Below are positions 18,526 through 28,237 of a stretch of DNA of 58,704 nucleotides, one piece after another; within the stretch, counting starts at the first letter, position 1, and each line of letters starts with the position of its first letter. Origin of the DNA: Bacillota bacterium (GTDB lineage Bacteria > Bacillota > Desulfitobacteriia > Desulfitobacteriales > Desulfitobacteriaceae); NCBI GenBank assembly GCA_021811425.1, contig JAJZPA010000001.1:1-58704 (forward strand), given 5' to 3'. The translations under genes were made by a program, and so were the position numbers. The notes under the pieces are model-generated. The model did no database searches and had not been told where the DNA came from. It saw nothing but the letters and a program-made list of their open reading frames with translations.

Positions 18526-19160
18526 TGGAAGGAAACGCACTTTGGCAGTGGACAACCGAAAAATTCCTGGCTGAAGCGGCAAGCTCTGCACCCACGCCGG
18601 GCGGCGGCAGCGTTTCCGCTTTTGTCGGGGCGTTGGCGGCTTCCATGGTCTGCATGGTCGCGAACTTAACGGTTGGGAAAGAGAAATACAGAGATGTAGA
18701 AGCGCAGGTTAAGGAGATCCTTGCCGATGCGGAAATGGTGCTCACTGCTTTAAAAAGCGGGTTGAGCCAGGATATCGCCGAATTCTCCAATTTCATGGCC
18801 GTGCTGCAAATGCCCAAAGCCACGGATGAGGAAAAAAGCTTACGGAGCGGAAAAATGCAGGAGGCCTTAGTTTCGGCCACCGATACCCCGCTCGGTATTG
18901 CCCAAAACTGTTTCCGAGCTTTGCAGCTCGCTCAGGCTTTGGCCCCCATCGGGAACAAAGGGGCAATCAGTGATGTGGGGGTCGCCGCTTATTTGGCGGA
19001 GAGTGCTCTCAAGTCGGCCATGTTTAGTGTAGATATCAACTTGCCGGGAATTAAGGATCAAGGCTATCAAGAGCGGATCAAAACAGAACGGGAACGGCTC
19101 TTTGCCCAAGCAGAAACGTTAAAAGTTAATACGGTTGCTATGGTTCAGAGCCGATTGTAA
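18525..19160 (+). CDS. fchA: Cyclodeaminase/cyclohydrolase family protein (FchA-like methenyl-THF cyclohydrolase)
   Basis: SSAPTPGGGSVSA, MVANLTVGK, GNKGAISDVGVA, VDINL; translationally coupled to folD. Confidence 0.85.
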   Translation: MEGNALWQWTTEKFLAEAASSAPTPGGGSVSAFVGALAASMVCMVANLTVGKEKYRDVEAQVKEILADAEMVLTALKSGLSQDIAEFSNFMAVLQMPKATDEEKSLRSGKMQEALVSATDTPLGIAQNCFRALQLAQALAPIGNKGAISDVGVAAYLAESALKSAMFSVDINLPGIKDQGYQERIKTERERLFAQAETLKVNTVAMVQSRL

Positions 19161-19167
19161 GCTAAAA

Positions 19168-19202
19168 TCTATTCTGCCCAATTTAAAATTGGGCAGAATA
19201 GA
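19168..19202. terminator. Perfect 17-bp-arm palindrome after fchA
   Basis: TCTATTCTGCCCAATTT-A-AAATTGGGCAGAATAGA. Confidence 0.6.
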
Positions 19203-19320
19203 GCGCACCGTTTGGTGCAGCACGTTCTCCGGCACAAGATGATGAGTAAACTCGTTAAGCGTCCGCATACCAGACGGGAGGTACGAATGGATGATCCGCG
19301 ATGATGAATTTGAATGTTAG

Positions 19321-19358
19321 AAAAATCTTCCCCAGAACACGAAGCGGGGAAGATTTTT
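19321..19358. terminator. Bidirectional terminator-like hairpin
   Basis: AAAAATCTTCCCC...GGGGAAGATTTTT. Confidence 0.65.
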
Positions 19359-19433
19359 ATTCCTTCATCCAACCGTGCGGCGATGTGGATGGCGCTTGCC
19401 TGAAACCCAACGTTGTAGGGTGCGAAAGCACAA

Positions 19434-20042
19434 TCAGATCAGATCATCGTCCACAACGCTGAATAAATCTTTAAGCGAAATAACTAAGTCAGGGAAAATC
19501 CCTACAGAAAGTTCGTCCTCAACCCCAAAAATCTCAGGTTGTGCATAACTTCCGGTATCCAGCAAGCGATAGACAACAATTGTTTTCCCTTCAGCGTGAA
19601 CAATCCAGTATTCTTTTACCCGAGCTTCTTCATAGCGTTTGAACTTAGTCTTAATGTCCTTGTGGAAAGTTGAGGGTGAGGAAATCTCAACGATAAGGTC
19701 GGGGCTCCCGAGACAGCCGCGCCGGTCAATTTTGCTTTTGTCACAGATGACAGTGAGATCCGGCTGGACCACGGTGGTGGCTTTTTGGTCATTTTCCGCT
19801 GCTCGCGGCAGGCGGACATCAAACGGCGCAGCAAAAACCTCACAGGGCTTATTTTTGAGATATTGGTTGAATGAAACAAACAGTTCACCGGATACCCTTT
19901 GATGGTTGCTCATTGGGGCGGGCGTCATAGCAAAAGCGACACCGTCAATGATTTCCCAACGTTCATCTTCAGACCATTGTAAGTAATCTTCATAGGTATA
20001 GAGTCGGCCGGATTGTGCAAAAACTTTCCCCAAATGAATCAC
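19434..20042 (-). CDS. Uma2 (DUF820) family putative endonuclease
   Basis: YTYEDY, RWEIIDG, PAP..HQ, APFDVRL, VVQPDL, PDLIVEISSPST, KFKRYE..VKEYWIV. Confidence 0.9.
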   Translation of the reverse strand: MIHLGKVFAQSGRLYTYEDYLQWSEDERWEIIDGVAFAMTPAPMSNHQRVSGELFVSFNQYLKNKPCEVFAAPFDVRLPRAAENDQKATTVVQPDLTVICDKSKIDRRGCLGSPDLIVEISSPSTFHKDIKTKFKRYEEARVKEYWIVHAEGKTIVVYRLLDTGSYAQPEIFGVEDELSVGIFPDLVISLKDLFSVVDDDLI

Positions 20043-20155
20043 CCCCTAGAGACCATATGAATTATCCATGATTTGTTATTATGATAACATGAAGGGATGT
20101 GCATTTCAAGGCTGTTGCAATCCGCTCCCGCGTACTTTATCATAAGCCATGAGGA

Positions 20156-21391
20156 GTGATACCATTGACGCACATATGGACCGTGAGCGAATTGGCGGGG
20201 GAGATCGACCGCACTTTGCAGGATAACTTTTTGTTTCAGAACTGCTGGGTCAGTGGGGAGATCTCTAACTTTAAGCATCACTTACCGTCAGGCCATTGGT
20301 ATTTTACGCTAAAAGATGATGTCTCGAGTCTTCGGGCGGTGATGTTCCGCAGCCGGGCTGTGCGGGTGCGTTTTGAGCCGAGAAGCGGAATGCAGGTGCT
20401 CGTCCGGGGCAATGTTAAACTCTATGACCGGGATGGGAACATCCAGGTTTATGCCGAAGAAATGCAGCCCGCTGGGCTCGGAGCGCTTTACTTAGCCTTT
20501 GAACAGTTGAAAGAACGGCTGACTGGCGAAGGGTTGTTTGCTGAGGAACGGAAAAAGAAGATCCCCCTCCTGCCGCAGCGGGTGGGGATTGTCACGAGTA
20601 CTTCCGGAGCGGCCTTGCGGGATATTCTTCAGATCATTAAGCGGCGGCATCCGCGCATGTCGTGGGTCGTTGCTCCGGCAGCAGTTCAAGGAGAAGCGGC
20701 ACCTCGGGAGATCGTGGAAGGGATCCGGCGTTTAAACCGATTTGAGGGGATTGATGTCCTCATTGTCGGGCGGGGCGGCGGTTCTTTGGAAGAGCTGTGG
20801 GCCTTTAATACAGAAGAAGTGGCCCGGGCGATTGCGGCTTCGCGTATCCCGGTGATCTCAGCGGTGGGGCATGAGACCGATATTACGATTGCAGATTATG
20901 TGGCTGACTTGCGGGCTCCGACTCCATCAGCTGCCGCTGAACTCGCGGTTCCCCTGCTTCAGGGGTTGAAAGAGCGGGTGGATTACCTGGAGAAGCGCAT
21001 GCAGCGAGGATTGAGTACCCAGCTGGCGTGGAAACGCCAGCTTTTGGAGAGGCTAGCGCTGAAGGCACCGCTGCGAGATCCATTTTGGCGAGTGGAACGC
21101 GGTCGTCAGGAGCTGGATGACTTCGCTTCACGCTTGCAAAACAGCATGACTAGATTTATGACGGATAAAAATGGTATACTAAAATTAATGGCTGCCAAAC
21201 TTGACTTACTCAGCCCCTTAAGTGTTTTAGGAAGGGGTTATTCATTAACGTATGATCAGAATGGACAGATACTGCGTTCAGCGGTCGGTGTGAAATCCGG
21301 CGCACAGGTGCAGGTTCGCTTGGCTGCAGGACGCTTAGAATGCCAGGTTGTAAAGGCAGAGATAAGAGGCGATAACATTGGCAATGGATGA
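20156..21391 (+). CDS. xseA: Exodeoxyribonuclease VII large subunit
   Basis: WVSGEISNF..SGHWYFTLKD, VGRGGGSLEELWAFN, SAVGHETD, APTPSAAAE, LGRGYS. Confidence 0.97.
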   Translation: MIPLTHIWTVSELAGEIDRTLQDNFLFQNCWVSGEISNFKHHLPSGHWYFTLKDDVSSLRAVMFRSRAVRVRFEPRSGMQVLVRGNVKLYDRDGNIQVYAEEMQPAGLGALYLAFEQLKERLTGEGLFAEERKKKIPLLPQRVGIVTSTSGAALRDILQIIKRRHPRMSWVVAPAAVQGEAAPREIVEGIRRLNRFEGIDVLIVGRGGGSLEELWAFNTEEVARAIAASRIPVISAVGHETDITIADYVADLRAPTPSAAAELAVPLLQGLKERVDYLEKRMQRGLSTQLAWKRQLLERLALKAPLRDPFWRVERGRQELDDFASRLQNSMTRFMTDKNGILKLMAAKLDLLSPLSVLGRGYSLTYDQNGQILRSAVGVKSGAQVQVRLAAGRLECQVVKAEIRGDNIGNG

Positions 21392-21614
21392 GAAGCTGAG
21401 TTTCGAAGCGGGTATCGAGAGGCTGGAAGGGATCGTAGAAGCTCTCGAACAGCGGGATGTTTCGCTGGAAAATGCCTTGAGTCTTTTCCAAGACGGAGTC
21501 AGCCTTATCCAGCATTGTAATGCCCTGCTGGATAAGGCTGAGCAGGTCATGGGAGTGCTTCTGGAAGAGGATGGAGAGCTTCGCTTAGAACGCGCGCTGC
21601 CAGTGGAAGGATGA
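21378..21614 (+). CDS. xseB: Exodeoxyribonuclease VII small subunit
   Basis: SFEAGIERLEGIV..LE...SLENALSLFQDG...C...LDKAE. Confidence 0.93.
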   Translation: MAMDEKLSFEAGIERLEGIVEALEQRDVSLENALSLFQDGVSLIQHCNALLDKAEQVMGVLLEEDGELRLERALPVEG

Positions 21615-22486
21615 AGCCGTTGTTTAAGGAACGCTTGGCGCAATACCGTGCGCAAGTTGATGAATATATCAAAACCATCTCTTGGAACGAGAACGTGTTG
21701 GATGAAAGCATGGCCTATTCCCTCATAGGGGGCGGCAAGCGGATTCGCCCCGTCTTGGCCTTGGCTGCAGCGGAGGCGATGGGTGCGAACCCTGAGCATA
21801 TTCTTCCTGCGGCGGCAGCTTTGGAAATGATTCATACGTATTCCCTGATCCACGACGACCTGCCGGCGATGGATGATGATGACTACCGCCGGGGGCGCTT
21901 GTCTAATCACAAGGTTTTTGGAGAAGGGATAGCGATTCTTTCAGGGGATGCCCTGTTAACGTACGCTTTTGAACTATTGGCAGCGCCCATGCAGGTTGAA
22001 CCCAGGCGCCAGCTTCAAGTGATTAAAGAAGTGGCAGATGCTGCGGGCCGTCAGGGGATGGTTTTAGGCCAGGCACTCGACTTGGAAGGGGAAGGCAAAG
22101 CTCTGGGGCTTCAGGAAATCGAACGGATTCACCGCCATAAAACGGGAGCACTTCTCAGGGTTTCCGTGCGTTTGGGAGGAATTTTGGCCGGTGGGAGCGA
22201 AGAAGATATTCAGGCCTTGTCCCGTTATGCTGCCGCCCTCGGGTTGGCGTTTCAGATTAAGGATGACATCTTGGATGTGGAGAGCGACAGCTTAACCTTG
22301 GGTAAGCCGATCGGAAGCGATTTGAAACGTGGTAAAGCGACCTATCCTTCCCTCTTGGGACTTTCTGAGGCCAAAGCTGAGTTGAGAGCTAAAATCCAGG
22401 AGGCTAAAGATGCTTTGCATCTTTTCGGAGAGCGGGGTAGGTTTCTCAGGGATTTGGCAGACTATATTCAAGCGCGTCAGCACTAA
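21611..22486 (+). CDS. ispA: Farnesyl/geranylgeranyl diphosphate synthase
   Basis: GGKRIRP, HTYSLIHDDLPAMDDDDYRRG, KTGAL, FQIKDDILD, KATYP. Confidence 0.95.
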   Translation: MKPLFKERLAQYRAQVDEYIKTISWNENVLDESMAYSLIGGGKRIRPVLALAAAEAMGANPEHILPAAAALEMIHTYSLIHDDLPAMDDDDYRRGRLSNHKVFGEGIAILSGDALLTYAFELLAAPMQVEPRRQLQVIKEVADAAGRQGMVLGQALDLEGEGKALGLQEIERIHRHKTGALLRVSVRLGGILAGGSEEDIQALSRYAAALGLAFQIKDDILDVESDSLTLGKPIGSDLKRGKATYPSLLGLSEAKAELRAKIQEAKDALHLFGERGRFLRDLADYIQARQH

Positions 22487-22489
22487 GGG

Positions 22490-22933
22490 GTGTTCAATAT
22501 GTTTCCTGGGTTAATCCATAATACCATCCTGGTTTCTGCAATTACAGCTTGGTTCGTGGCTCAAATCTTTAAGATCGGTGTCAACCTCTTCCTCCAACGG
22601 CGACTGGATATTGAAATGTTAGTGAGTTCCGGCGGTTTTCCTAGCTCGCACTCGGCGACCGTTAGCGCCTTGACGTTAGGAATTGGGAAATACTATGGCT
22701 GGGATTCCCCAATATTCGCAGTGTCTGCGGTGTTTGCCATGATTGTCATGTATGACGCGGCTGGAGTCAGGCGGGCTGCGGGAAAACAGGCGGAAGTCAT
22801 CAATCAATTGGTGGAGCGCCTTTACCAAGGATCGGATTCATCCCAGGAACGCTTAAAAGAACTGATCGGGCATTCGCCGCTTGAAGTGTTTGGCGGAGCA
22901 CTCGTGGGTATCGTTGTGGGGATGCTGGTATAG
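22490..22933 (+). CDS. Divergent PAP2 family (DUF212) membrane protein
   Basis: SSGGFPSSHSA, VMYDAAGVRRAAG.QA, LIGHSPLEV. Confidence 0.9.
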   Translation: MFNMFPGLIHNTILVSAITAWFVAQIFKIGVNLFLQRRLDIEMLVSSGGFPSSHSATVSALTLGIGKYYGWDSPIFAVSAVFAMIVMYDAAGVRRAAGKQAEVINQLVERLYQGSDSSQERLKELIGHSPLEVFGGALVGIVVGMLV

Positions 22934-22950
22934 CCCAAGGGGGTCTGTCG

Positions 22951-23562
22951 TTGTCAAGCCGAAAACGTAAGCGCTGGAAACATCTTGTCTATGTGTTTAT
23001 CGGGAGTTTTTTGGCTGCTGCAGTGGTTGGTGGTGGTTCGGAAATTTTCATGGAAAGAATGTCTTTGCTCTGGGCCTCCGTGTTTCTGCTGGTCGTGGTC
23101 TTGGTGAACATTCTTTTCGATGTCATTGGGATCGCGGCGACTGCTGCGCATGAAGCTCCGCATCATGCTCGGGCAGCGAATCGGGTTTTTGGCGCGAAAC
23201 ATGCTGTTCAAATTGTAAGAAACGCTGATTTTGTCGCAAATTTCGCCAATGACGTCGTAGGGGATATTACGGGGACGGTGAGCGGGGCCATGGCGGCGAG
23301 TATCGTTATCGATCTCGTTCATTATTCTCCGAAGTTGAGTGCTTCGGAGGTGTGGCTTAATATGTTTATGCTGGCCCTGGTCGCTTCGGTCACAGTGACA
23401 GGGAAAGCGGCGGGTAAGTCATTTGCCATTCATGAAGCCAATCGCATCATCGCTGCTGTAGGTGGGGTCTTGGCTACGGTCGAGAAGGTGACTGGTTGGA
23501 ATTTTACGCGACTGAAAAAACAGGGAGGAAATAAACATGGGTCTGCTCGAAAACATTCATGA
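22951..23562 (+). CDS. Conserved hypothetical membrane protein
   Basis: Several TM segments, [29 protein letters not shown]; typical of the clostridial ispA-dxs interval. Confidence 0.7.
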   Translation: MSSRKRKRWKHLVYVFIGSFLAAAVVGGGSEIFMERMSLLWASVFLLVVVLVNILFDVIGIAATAAHEAPHHARAANRVFGAKHAVQIVRNADFVANFANDVVGDITGTVSGAMAASIVIDLVHYSPKLSASEVWLNMFMLALVASVTVTGKAAGKSFAIHEANRIIAAVGGVLATVEKVTGWNFTRLKKQGGNKHGSARKHS

Positions 23563-25459
23563 ACCAAGTGATTTGCGTTCCCTCAGTATGGCCGAGTTGA
23601 AAGAACTGGCGGGAGAAATCCGTCAAGAAATGATCACGGTCGTGGCGGCGAACGGCGGGCACTTGGCCCCGAATTTGGGTGTAGTTGAACTGACCCTGGC
23701 CCTTCATCGTGTGTTTAAGAGCCCAAACGATAAAATTATTTGGGATGTAGGGCATCAAACCTATATCCATAAACTCATCACAGGTCGAAAAGGCCTGTTT
23801 AAAACCTTGCGCCAATATAAAGGGTTGTCCGGTTTTCCGAAGCGTTCGGAGAGTGAACATGATTTTTTTGAGACCGGGCATTCCAGCACCTCCATCTCGG
23901 CGGCCGTCGGGTATGCGCAAGCACGCGATGTGCTCAAGGAACACCACGATGTTGTGGCTGTGATAGGGGATGGAGCCATGACCGGTGGCATGGCCTACGA
24001 GGCCTTGAATTATGCTGGGCAAAGCGGCACGCACGTGATCGTCATCCTAAATGATAATGAAATGTCAATTGCTCCGAATGTCGGTGCAATTTCTTCCTAT
24101 TTAACCCGGCTGCGCACGGATCCGCGCTATGATAAGCGCAAATCCGATGTTGAGTACTTGCTGAAGCGGATTCCGGGGATTGGGGACAAGGTTGCTAAAG
24201 CCGCCGAGAAGGCTAAAGACGGGCTTAAATACCTTCTGGTTCCCGGACTGTGGTTTGAGGAGCTGGGCTTTACCTATCTGGGGCCGATTGACGGTCATGA
24301 CCAGGTCATGATGGAACAAGTCTTGGAACAGGCTAAACACAAGAGAGGGCCTGTACTGGTTCACGTTGTGACCCGTAAAGGGAAAGGATATGCGCCGGCA
24401 GAGAAGAATCCGGACGTGTTTCATGGGGTAGGTCCTTTCAATCCGGAAACCGGAGAAGTGTACAAGAGAAAGGCTCCACCTACCTATACCCAAGTATTTG
24501 GTGAAACCCTCTCTGTCTTGGGCAGGGAAAATGAAAAGATCGTAGCCATAACGGCGGCTATGCCTGGGGGAACCGGGCTCAACATCTTTGCCCGCGACTT
24601 TCCGGAGCGTTTTTTTGATGTTGGGATTGCGGAACAGCATGCCGTGACATTTGCGGCGGGGCTGGCTTTTGGAGGACTCAAGCCAGTTGTCGCGATTTAC
24701 TCGACTTTTTATCAGAGAGCCTATGATCAGGTCTTGCATGATGTCTGCCTCCAGGGTGCCCCGGTTGTCTTAGCTATAGACCGGGCCGGAGTGGTTGGGG
24801 ATGATGGCCCAACCCACCATGGGGTGTTTGATATTTCCTTCTTACGCGCGATTCCTAATCTCGTCTTCATGGCACCAAAAGATGAAAATGAACTAAGACA
24901 TATGCTGCATACGGCGGTGCGCCTGGATGGTCCGGTGGCCCTGCGTTATCCGCGTTCGGCCGGACAGGGGGTTTCCTTGGATCCGGTGTTGAAAGACATC
25001 CCCTTGGGCAAGGGAGAGGTGCTGAAAGAAGGGCGGGATGTGGCCATCCTCGCGATTGGCCCGATGGTTTATCCTTCCTTGGCGGCTGCCCAGGAACTGC
25101 GCCTTAAAGGGATCGATGCGGCGGTCATCAATTTGCGTTTTATTCAGCCGCTGGATACGGAATTAGTTCTGCGCTTCGCTCGCCTGACTAAACGCTTGGT
25201 TACGGTGGAAGATCATATGTTGAGCGGTGGGATGGGAAGCGCGGTTTTGGAACAACTGGCCGATCATGGTCTGACGGATGTGGCCGTTGAGCGCTTGGGC
25301 TACCGGGATTATGTGGATCAAGGCCCCATCCCAGTTTTGCAGCAGAATCACGGATTATCGGCGAAAGGGATTATGGCCGCTGCGGAACGACTACTTCACA
25401 GAGGCTCTCAGGTGGCCCAAGGCCGGGGCGGGTTGGCCATTCACAAGCTTAAAGCTTAA
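23537..25459 (+). CDS. dxs: 1-deoxy-D-xylulose-5-phosphate synthase
   Basis: [53 protein letters not shown]. Confidence 0.97.
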   Translation: MGLLENIHEPSDLRSLSMAELKELAGEIRQEMITVVAANGGHLAPNLGVVELTLALHRVFKSPNDKIIWDVGHQTYIHKLITGRKGLFKTLRQYKGLSGFPKRSESEHDFFETGHSSTSISAAVGYAQARDVLKEHHDVVAVIGDGAMTGGMAYEALNYAGQSGTHVIVILNDNEMSIAPNVGAISSYLTRLRTDPRYDKRKSDVEYLLKRIPGIGDKVAKAAEKAKDGLKYLLVPGLWFEELGFTYLGPIDGHDQVMMEQVLEQAKHKRGPVLVHVVTRKGKGYAPAEKNPDVFHGVGPFNPETGEVYKRKAPPTYTQVFGETLSVLGRENEKIVAITAAMPGGTGLNIFARDFPERFFDVGIAEQHAVTFAAGLAFGGLKPVVAIYSTFYQRAYDQVLHDVCLQGAPVVLAIDRAGVVGDDGPTHHGVFDISFLRAIPNLVFMAPKDENELRHMLHTAVRLDGPVALRYPRSAGQGVSLDPVLKDIPLGKGEVLKEGRDVAILAIGPMVYPSLAAAQELRLKGIDAAVINLRFIQPLDTELVLRFARLTKRLVTVEDHMLSGGMGSAVLEQLADHGLTDVAVERLGYRDYVDQGPIPVLQQNHGLSAKGIMAAAERLLHRGSQVAQGRGGLAIHKLKA

Positions 25460-25543
25460 AACCTTTTATATCGAACGACTGACTCAGGCTCTTCTATGCG
25501 TGTCGTACACATCTCAGAGAGTGGGCAGCGAAAGGAAAAATTT

Positions 25544-26368
25544 GTGGCGAAGGGTAAGGAACGTCTGGACATCCTTTTAGTCAACAAAGGATTGTCCGCA
25601 AGCAGAGAAAAAGCGAAACGCTCGATCATGGCTGGGCTCGTCTTTGTGGATCAGCAGAGGGTGGACAAGCCGGGGACGGAAGTGCCCAGAGAAGCCCATC
25701 TGGAATTGAGAGGGGAGGCGTTGCCCTTTGTATCCCGAGGAGGGCAGAAATTGGAGAAAGCGCTGAAAGCGTTCTCAGTGTCATTTGACGGCCAAGTGGT
25801 CGCAGACATCGGGGCTTCGACCGGCGGGTTTACAGACTGTGCCTTGCAGCACGGGGCGGCCAGGGTTTATGCCATTGACGTAGGCTATGGGCAGTTAGCC
25901 TGGAAGTTGCGTTCGGATTCGAGGGTTATTTCCCTCGAACGCCTGAATGCCCGCTATCTGGAAGAAGACACCCTGCCAGAAAAAGTGGACTGGGTGGTCT
26001 CTGATGTGTCCTTTATCTCCATTACGAAGCTATTTCCTGCCATGCTTAAGATTTTAAAGGAAGAGGGCGAAGCCCTGATTTTAATCAAGCCCCAGTTTGA
26101 AGCGGGAAAAGAACACGTTGGGAAAAAAGGGGTTGTGCGTGAACCGAAAATCCATGAAGGGGTTCTGCGAACCGTCTTGACTGAGGCTTTTCGCTGCGGT
26201 TTTAGGATCGAAGGCTTGGATTTTTCCCCCATCCGAGGGCCACAGGGAAATATCGAATATTTGGCCTGGCTGCAGCGAGGGAAAACTCTGGCAGACGAGA
26301 TGGCCCTGCAGGAAGGGTTGTCCCAGGTTGCAGACGTGGTGGCTCAGGCTCAGAAGGGGAGTATCTAA
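25544..26368 (+). CDS. tlyA: TlyA family rRNA methyltransferase
   Basis: KERLD (S4 domain), FVSRGGQKL, DIGASTGGFTD, DVSFIS, LIKPQFE, GNIEY. Confidence 0.95.
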   Translation: MAKGKERLDILLVNKGLSASREKAKRSIMAGLVFVDQQRVDKPGTEVPREAHLELRGEALPFVSRGGQKLEKALKAFSVSFDGQVVADIGASTGGFTDCALQHGAARVYAIDVGYGQLAWKLRSDSRVISLERLNARYLEEDTLPEKVDWVVSDVSFISITKLFPAMLKILKEEGEALILIKPQFEAGKEHVGKKGVVREPKIHEGVLRTVLTEAFRCGFRIEGLDFSPIRGPQGNIEYLAWLQRGKTLADEMALQEGLSQVADVVAQAQKGSI

Positions 26369-27177
26369 TGCATACAGTGGGTTTATGGATTAATACCAGT
26401 AAACCGAATGCGCAGGAGATGGCCGCGAAGCTGAGCGAGTGGTTTCACTTGAGAGCCTGGAATGTGCTCACCGCTCGCCAAACCTTTACCCCGCCACTTG
26501 ACTTTGTAATTTCCTTAGGTGGGGACGGCACGCTTTTGGAAGCGGCGCGTGAACTCTCACAGGCGCAGATCCCGGTCTTGGGAGTGAACCTTGGGCGGCT
26601 GGGATTTCTTTGCGAAATCGAAAAGGATGATGTCTTCCCGGCTTTAGAAAAGGTTTTGCGGGGGGAGTACCAAATCCAGAAGCGCATGATGCTGCAAGCC
26701 CTAGTGGAAGTGGACGGAGCGGAGCAAACCGTGAAGGTTTTGAATGATGTCGTATTCCTGCGCGATCGGAATTCGGGTCTCGTCACCTTGCAGGCGGATT
26801 TGTCTGGTGAACCATCTGTCAGCTATCCGGCTGATGGTCTCATCGTGGCCACTCCAACCGGATCAACTGCCTACTCTCTCTCCGCAGGCGGGCCTATTGT
26901 CAGCCCAGATGTGGAGGCAGTGATTCTCAGTCCCCTCGCCGCGCATTCCCTTTCCGCTCGACCGATGGTGGTATCGCCTGAGGATGACATCGAAATCATC
27001 CTGGAACGCGGGCAGAAATGCCGGGTCACATTCGATGGGCAGGCCAATGTGCCACTCCTTTTGGGAGAGCGGATAAAAATTAAGCGATCTCCAATGAAGG
27101 CGTTGCTGATTCGTCTAGGCAGTCGTAGCTTCCCAGCGCTAGTCCGGGAAAAGCTTATGGATCGCTGGCATGACTAA
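26368..27177 (+). CDS. nadK: NAD kinase
   Basis: LGGDGTLL, GVNLGRLGFL, LND, DGLIVATPTGSTAYSLSAGGP. Confidence 0.95.
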   Translation: MHTVGLWINTSKPNAQEMAAKLSEWFHLRAWNVLTARQTFTPPLDFVISLGGDGTLLEAARELSQAQIPVLGVNLGRLGFLCEIEKDDVFPALEKVLRGEYQIQKRMMLQALVEVDGAEQTVKVLNDVVFLRDRNSGLVTLQADLSGEPSVSYPADGLIVATPTGSTAYSLSAGGPIVSPDVEAVILSPLAAHSLSARPMVVSPEDDIEIILERGQKCRVTFDGQANVPLLLGERIKIKRSPMKALLIRLGSRSFPALVREKLMDRWHD

Positions 27178-27193
27178 GTCAGGAGGGTAAGGG

Positions 27194-27817
27194 ATGCCGT
27201 TTGGGATTCAGGATATTCAGGGTTATATCAGACTGGTTTTAGGTTCGATCCTGCTGGCAGGGGATACGGCTGTGGATGCGACGGCTGGGCGGGGAAGAGA
27301 CACGCTCTTTTTGGCCCAGTGTGTCGGCAGGGAGGGCAGGGTCTATGCCTTTGACATCCAGCCCGAGGCCTTGGCAGAAACACAGAGACGCCTGCAGGAA
27401 CATGCCCAACATGAGCAGGTTGTGCTCTCTAGATTGGATCATGTCCATATGGGCGAAGTTGTCGAGGGAAGGGCCAAGGTGGTCATGTTTAATTTAGGGT
27501 ATTTGCCGGGGGGGGATCATGCACTGACGACCCAGTCAGAATCCACGCTTGCGGCGATGAAGGCTGCGCTCGATTTGCTAGAAGTGAATGGCATCATGGC
27601 GATTACGGCGTACCGAGCACATCCAGGAGGTGAACGCGAAGCGTTCGAAGTGGATGCGTTTCTGGCCGGACTCTCCCGTTCGGCATTCAGTGTTTTAAAG
27701 GGAGAGTATATCAACCAGATGTCAAACGCGCCCTATTGGCTATTGGTACAACGGAAAAGGGAGGATTTTGGGCATGAAGACTCGCCGCCAAATAAAAATT
27801 CAGGAACTGATCGCTAA
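27194..27817 (+). CDS. YtqB/MnmM-like class I SAM methyltransferase
   Basis: VDATAGRGRDTLFLA, AFDIQ, MFNLGYLPGGD, Y..HPGG..E. Confidence 0.85.
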   Translation: MPFGIQDIQGYIRLVLGSILLAGDTAVDATAGRGRDTLFLAQCVGREGRVYAFDIQPEALAETQRRLQEHAQHEQVVLSRLDHVHMGEVVEGRAKVVMFNLGYLPGGDHALTTQSESTLAAMKAALDLLEVNGIMAITAYRAHPGGEREAFEVDAFLAGLSRSAFSVLKGEYINQMSNAPYWLLVQRKREDFGHEDSPPNKNSGTDR

Positions 27818-28226
27818 GGAGGTCATTCGGACTCAGGAGGAGCTGGCCGAAAGGCTGAGGGAAGAGGGATTTGACGTTACTCAAGCCACCGTTTCCCGGG
27901 ATATCAAGGAGCTGGGGCTGATTAAAGTGCCGAGCCATGGGGAGGAATACCGCTATGCGCTGTCGACTGAGAGCCATCCAGCTAATTTCTTAGAACGCCT
28001 CAAACGCCTATTTCGGGAAACGGTCATCTCCGTGAATGACAGCGAAAACCTTGTCCTCATCCGGACGATTCCGGGGCATGCCCATGCGTTGGCATCGCTC
28101 ATCGATGGCAGCGACTGGGACGATATGATCGGTACGGTGGCCGGGGACGATACCATCCTTTTGGTCGTGAAGCCCAAAGAGGCGACGGTTGAGGTCTTGG
28201 CGCGAATCAACAGCCTAATGGGGTAG
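27774..28226 (+). CDS. argR: Arginine repressor
   Basis: TQEEL, VTQATVSRDIKEL, RTIPG.A, GTVAGDDT. Confidence 0.96.
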   Translation: MKTRRQIKIQELIAKEVIRTQEELAERLREEGFDVTQATVSRDIKELGLIKVPSHGEEYRYALSTESHPANFLERLKRLFRETVISVNDSENLVLIRTIPGHAHALASLIDGSDWDDMIGTVAGDDTILLVVKPKEATVEVLARINSLMG

Positions 28227-28237
28227 GGGGTTTTACC

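Noticed and set aside
19375..19432. Group II intron 5' end (GTGCG) or ribozyme
   Set aside because: No domain V, no reverse transcriptase and no complete hammerhead core were recognised.
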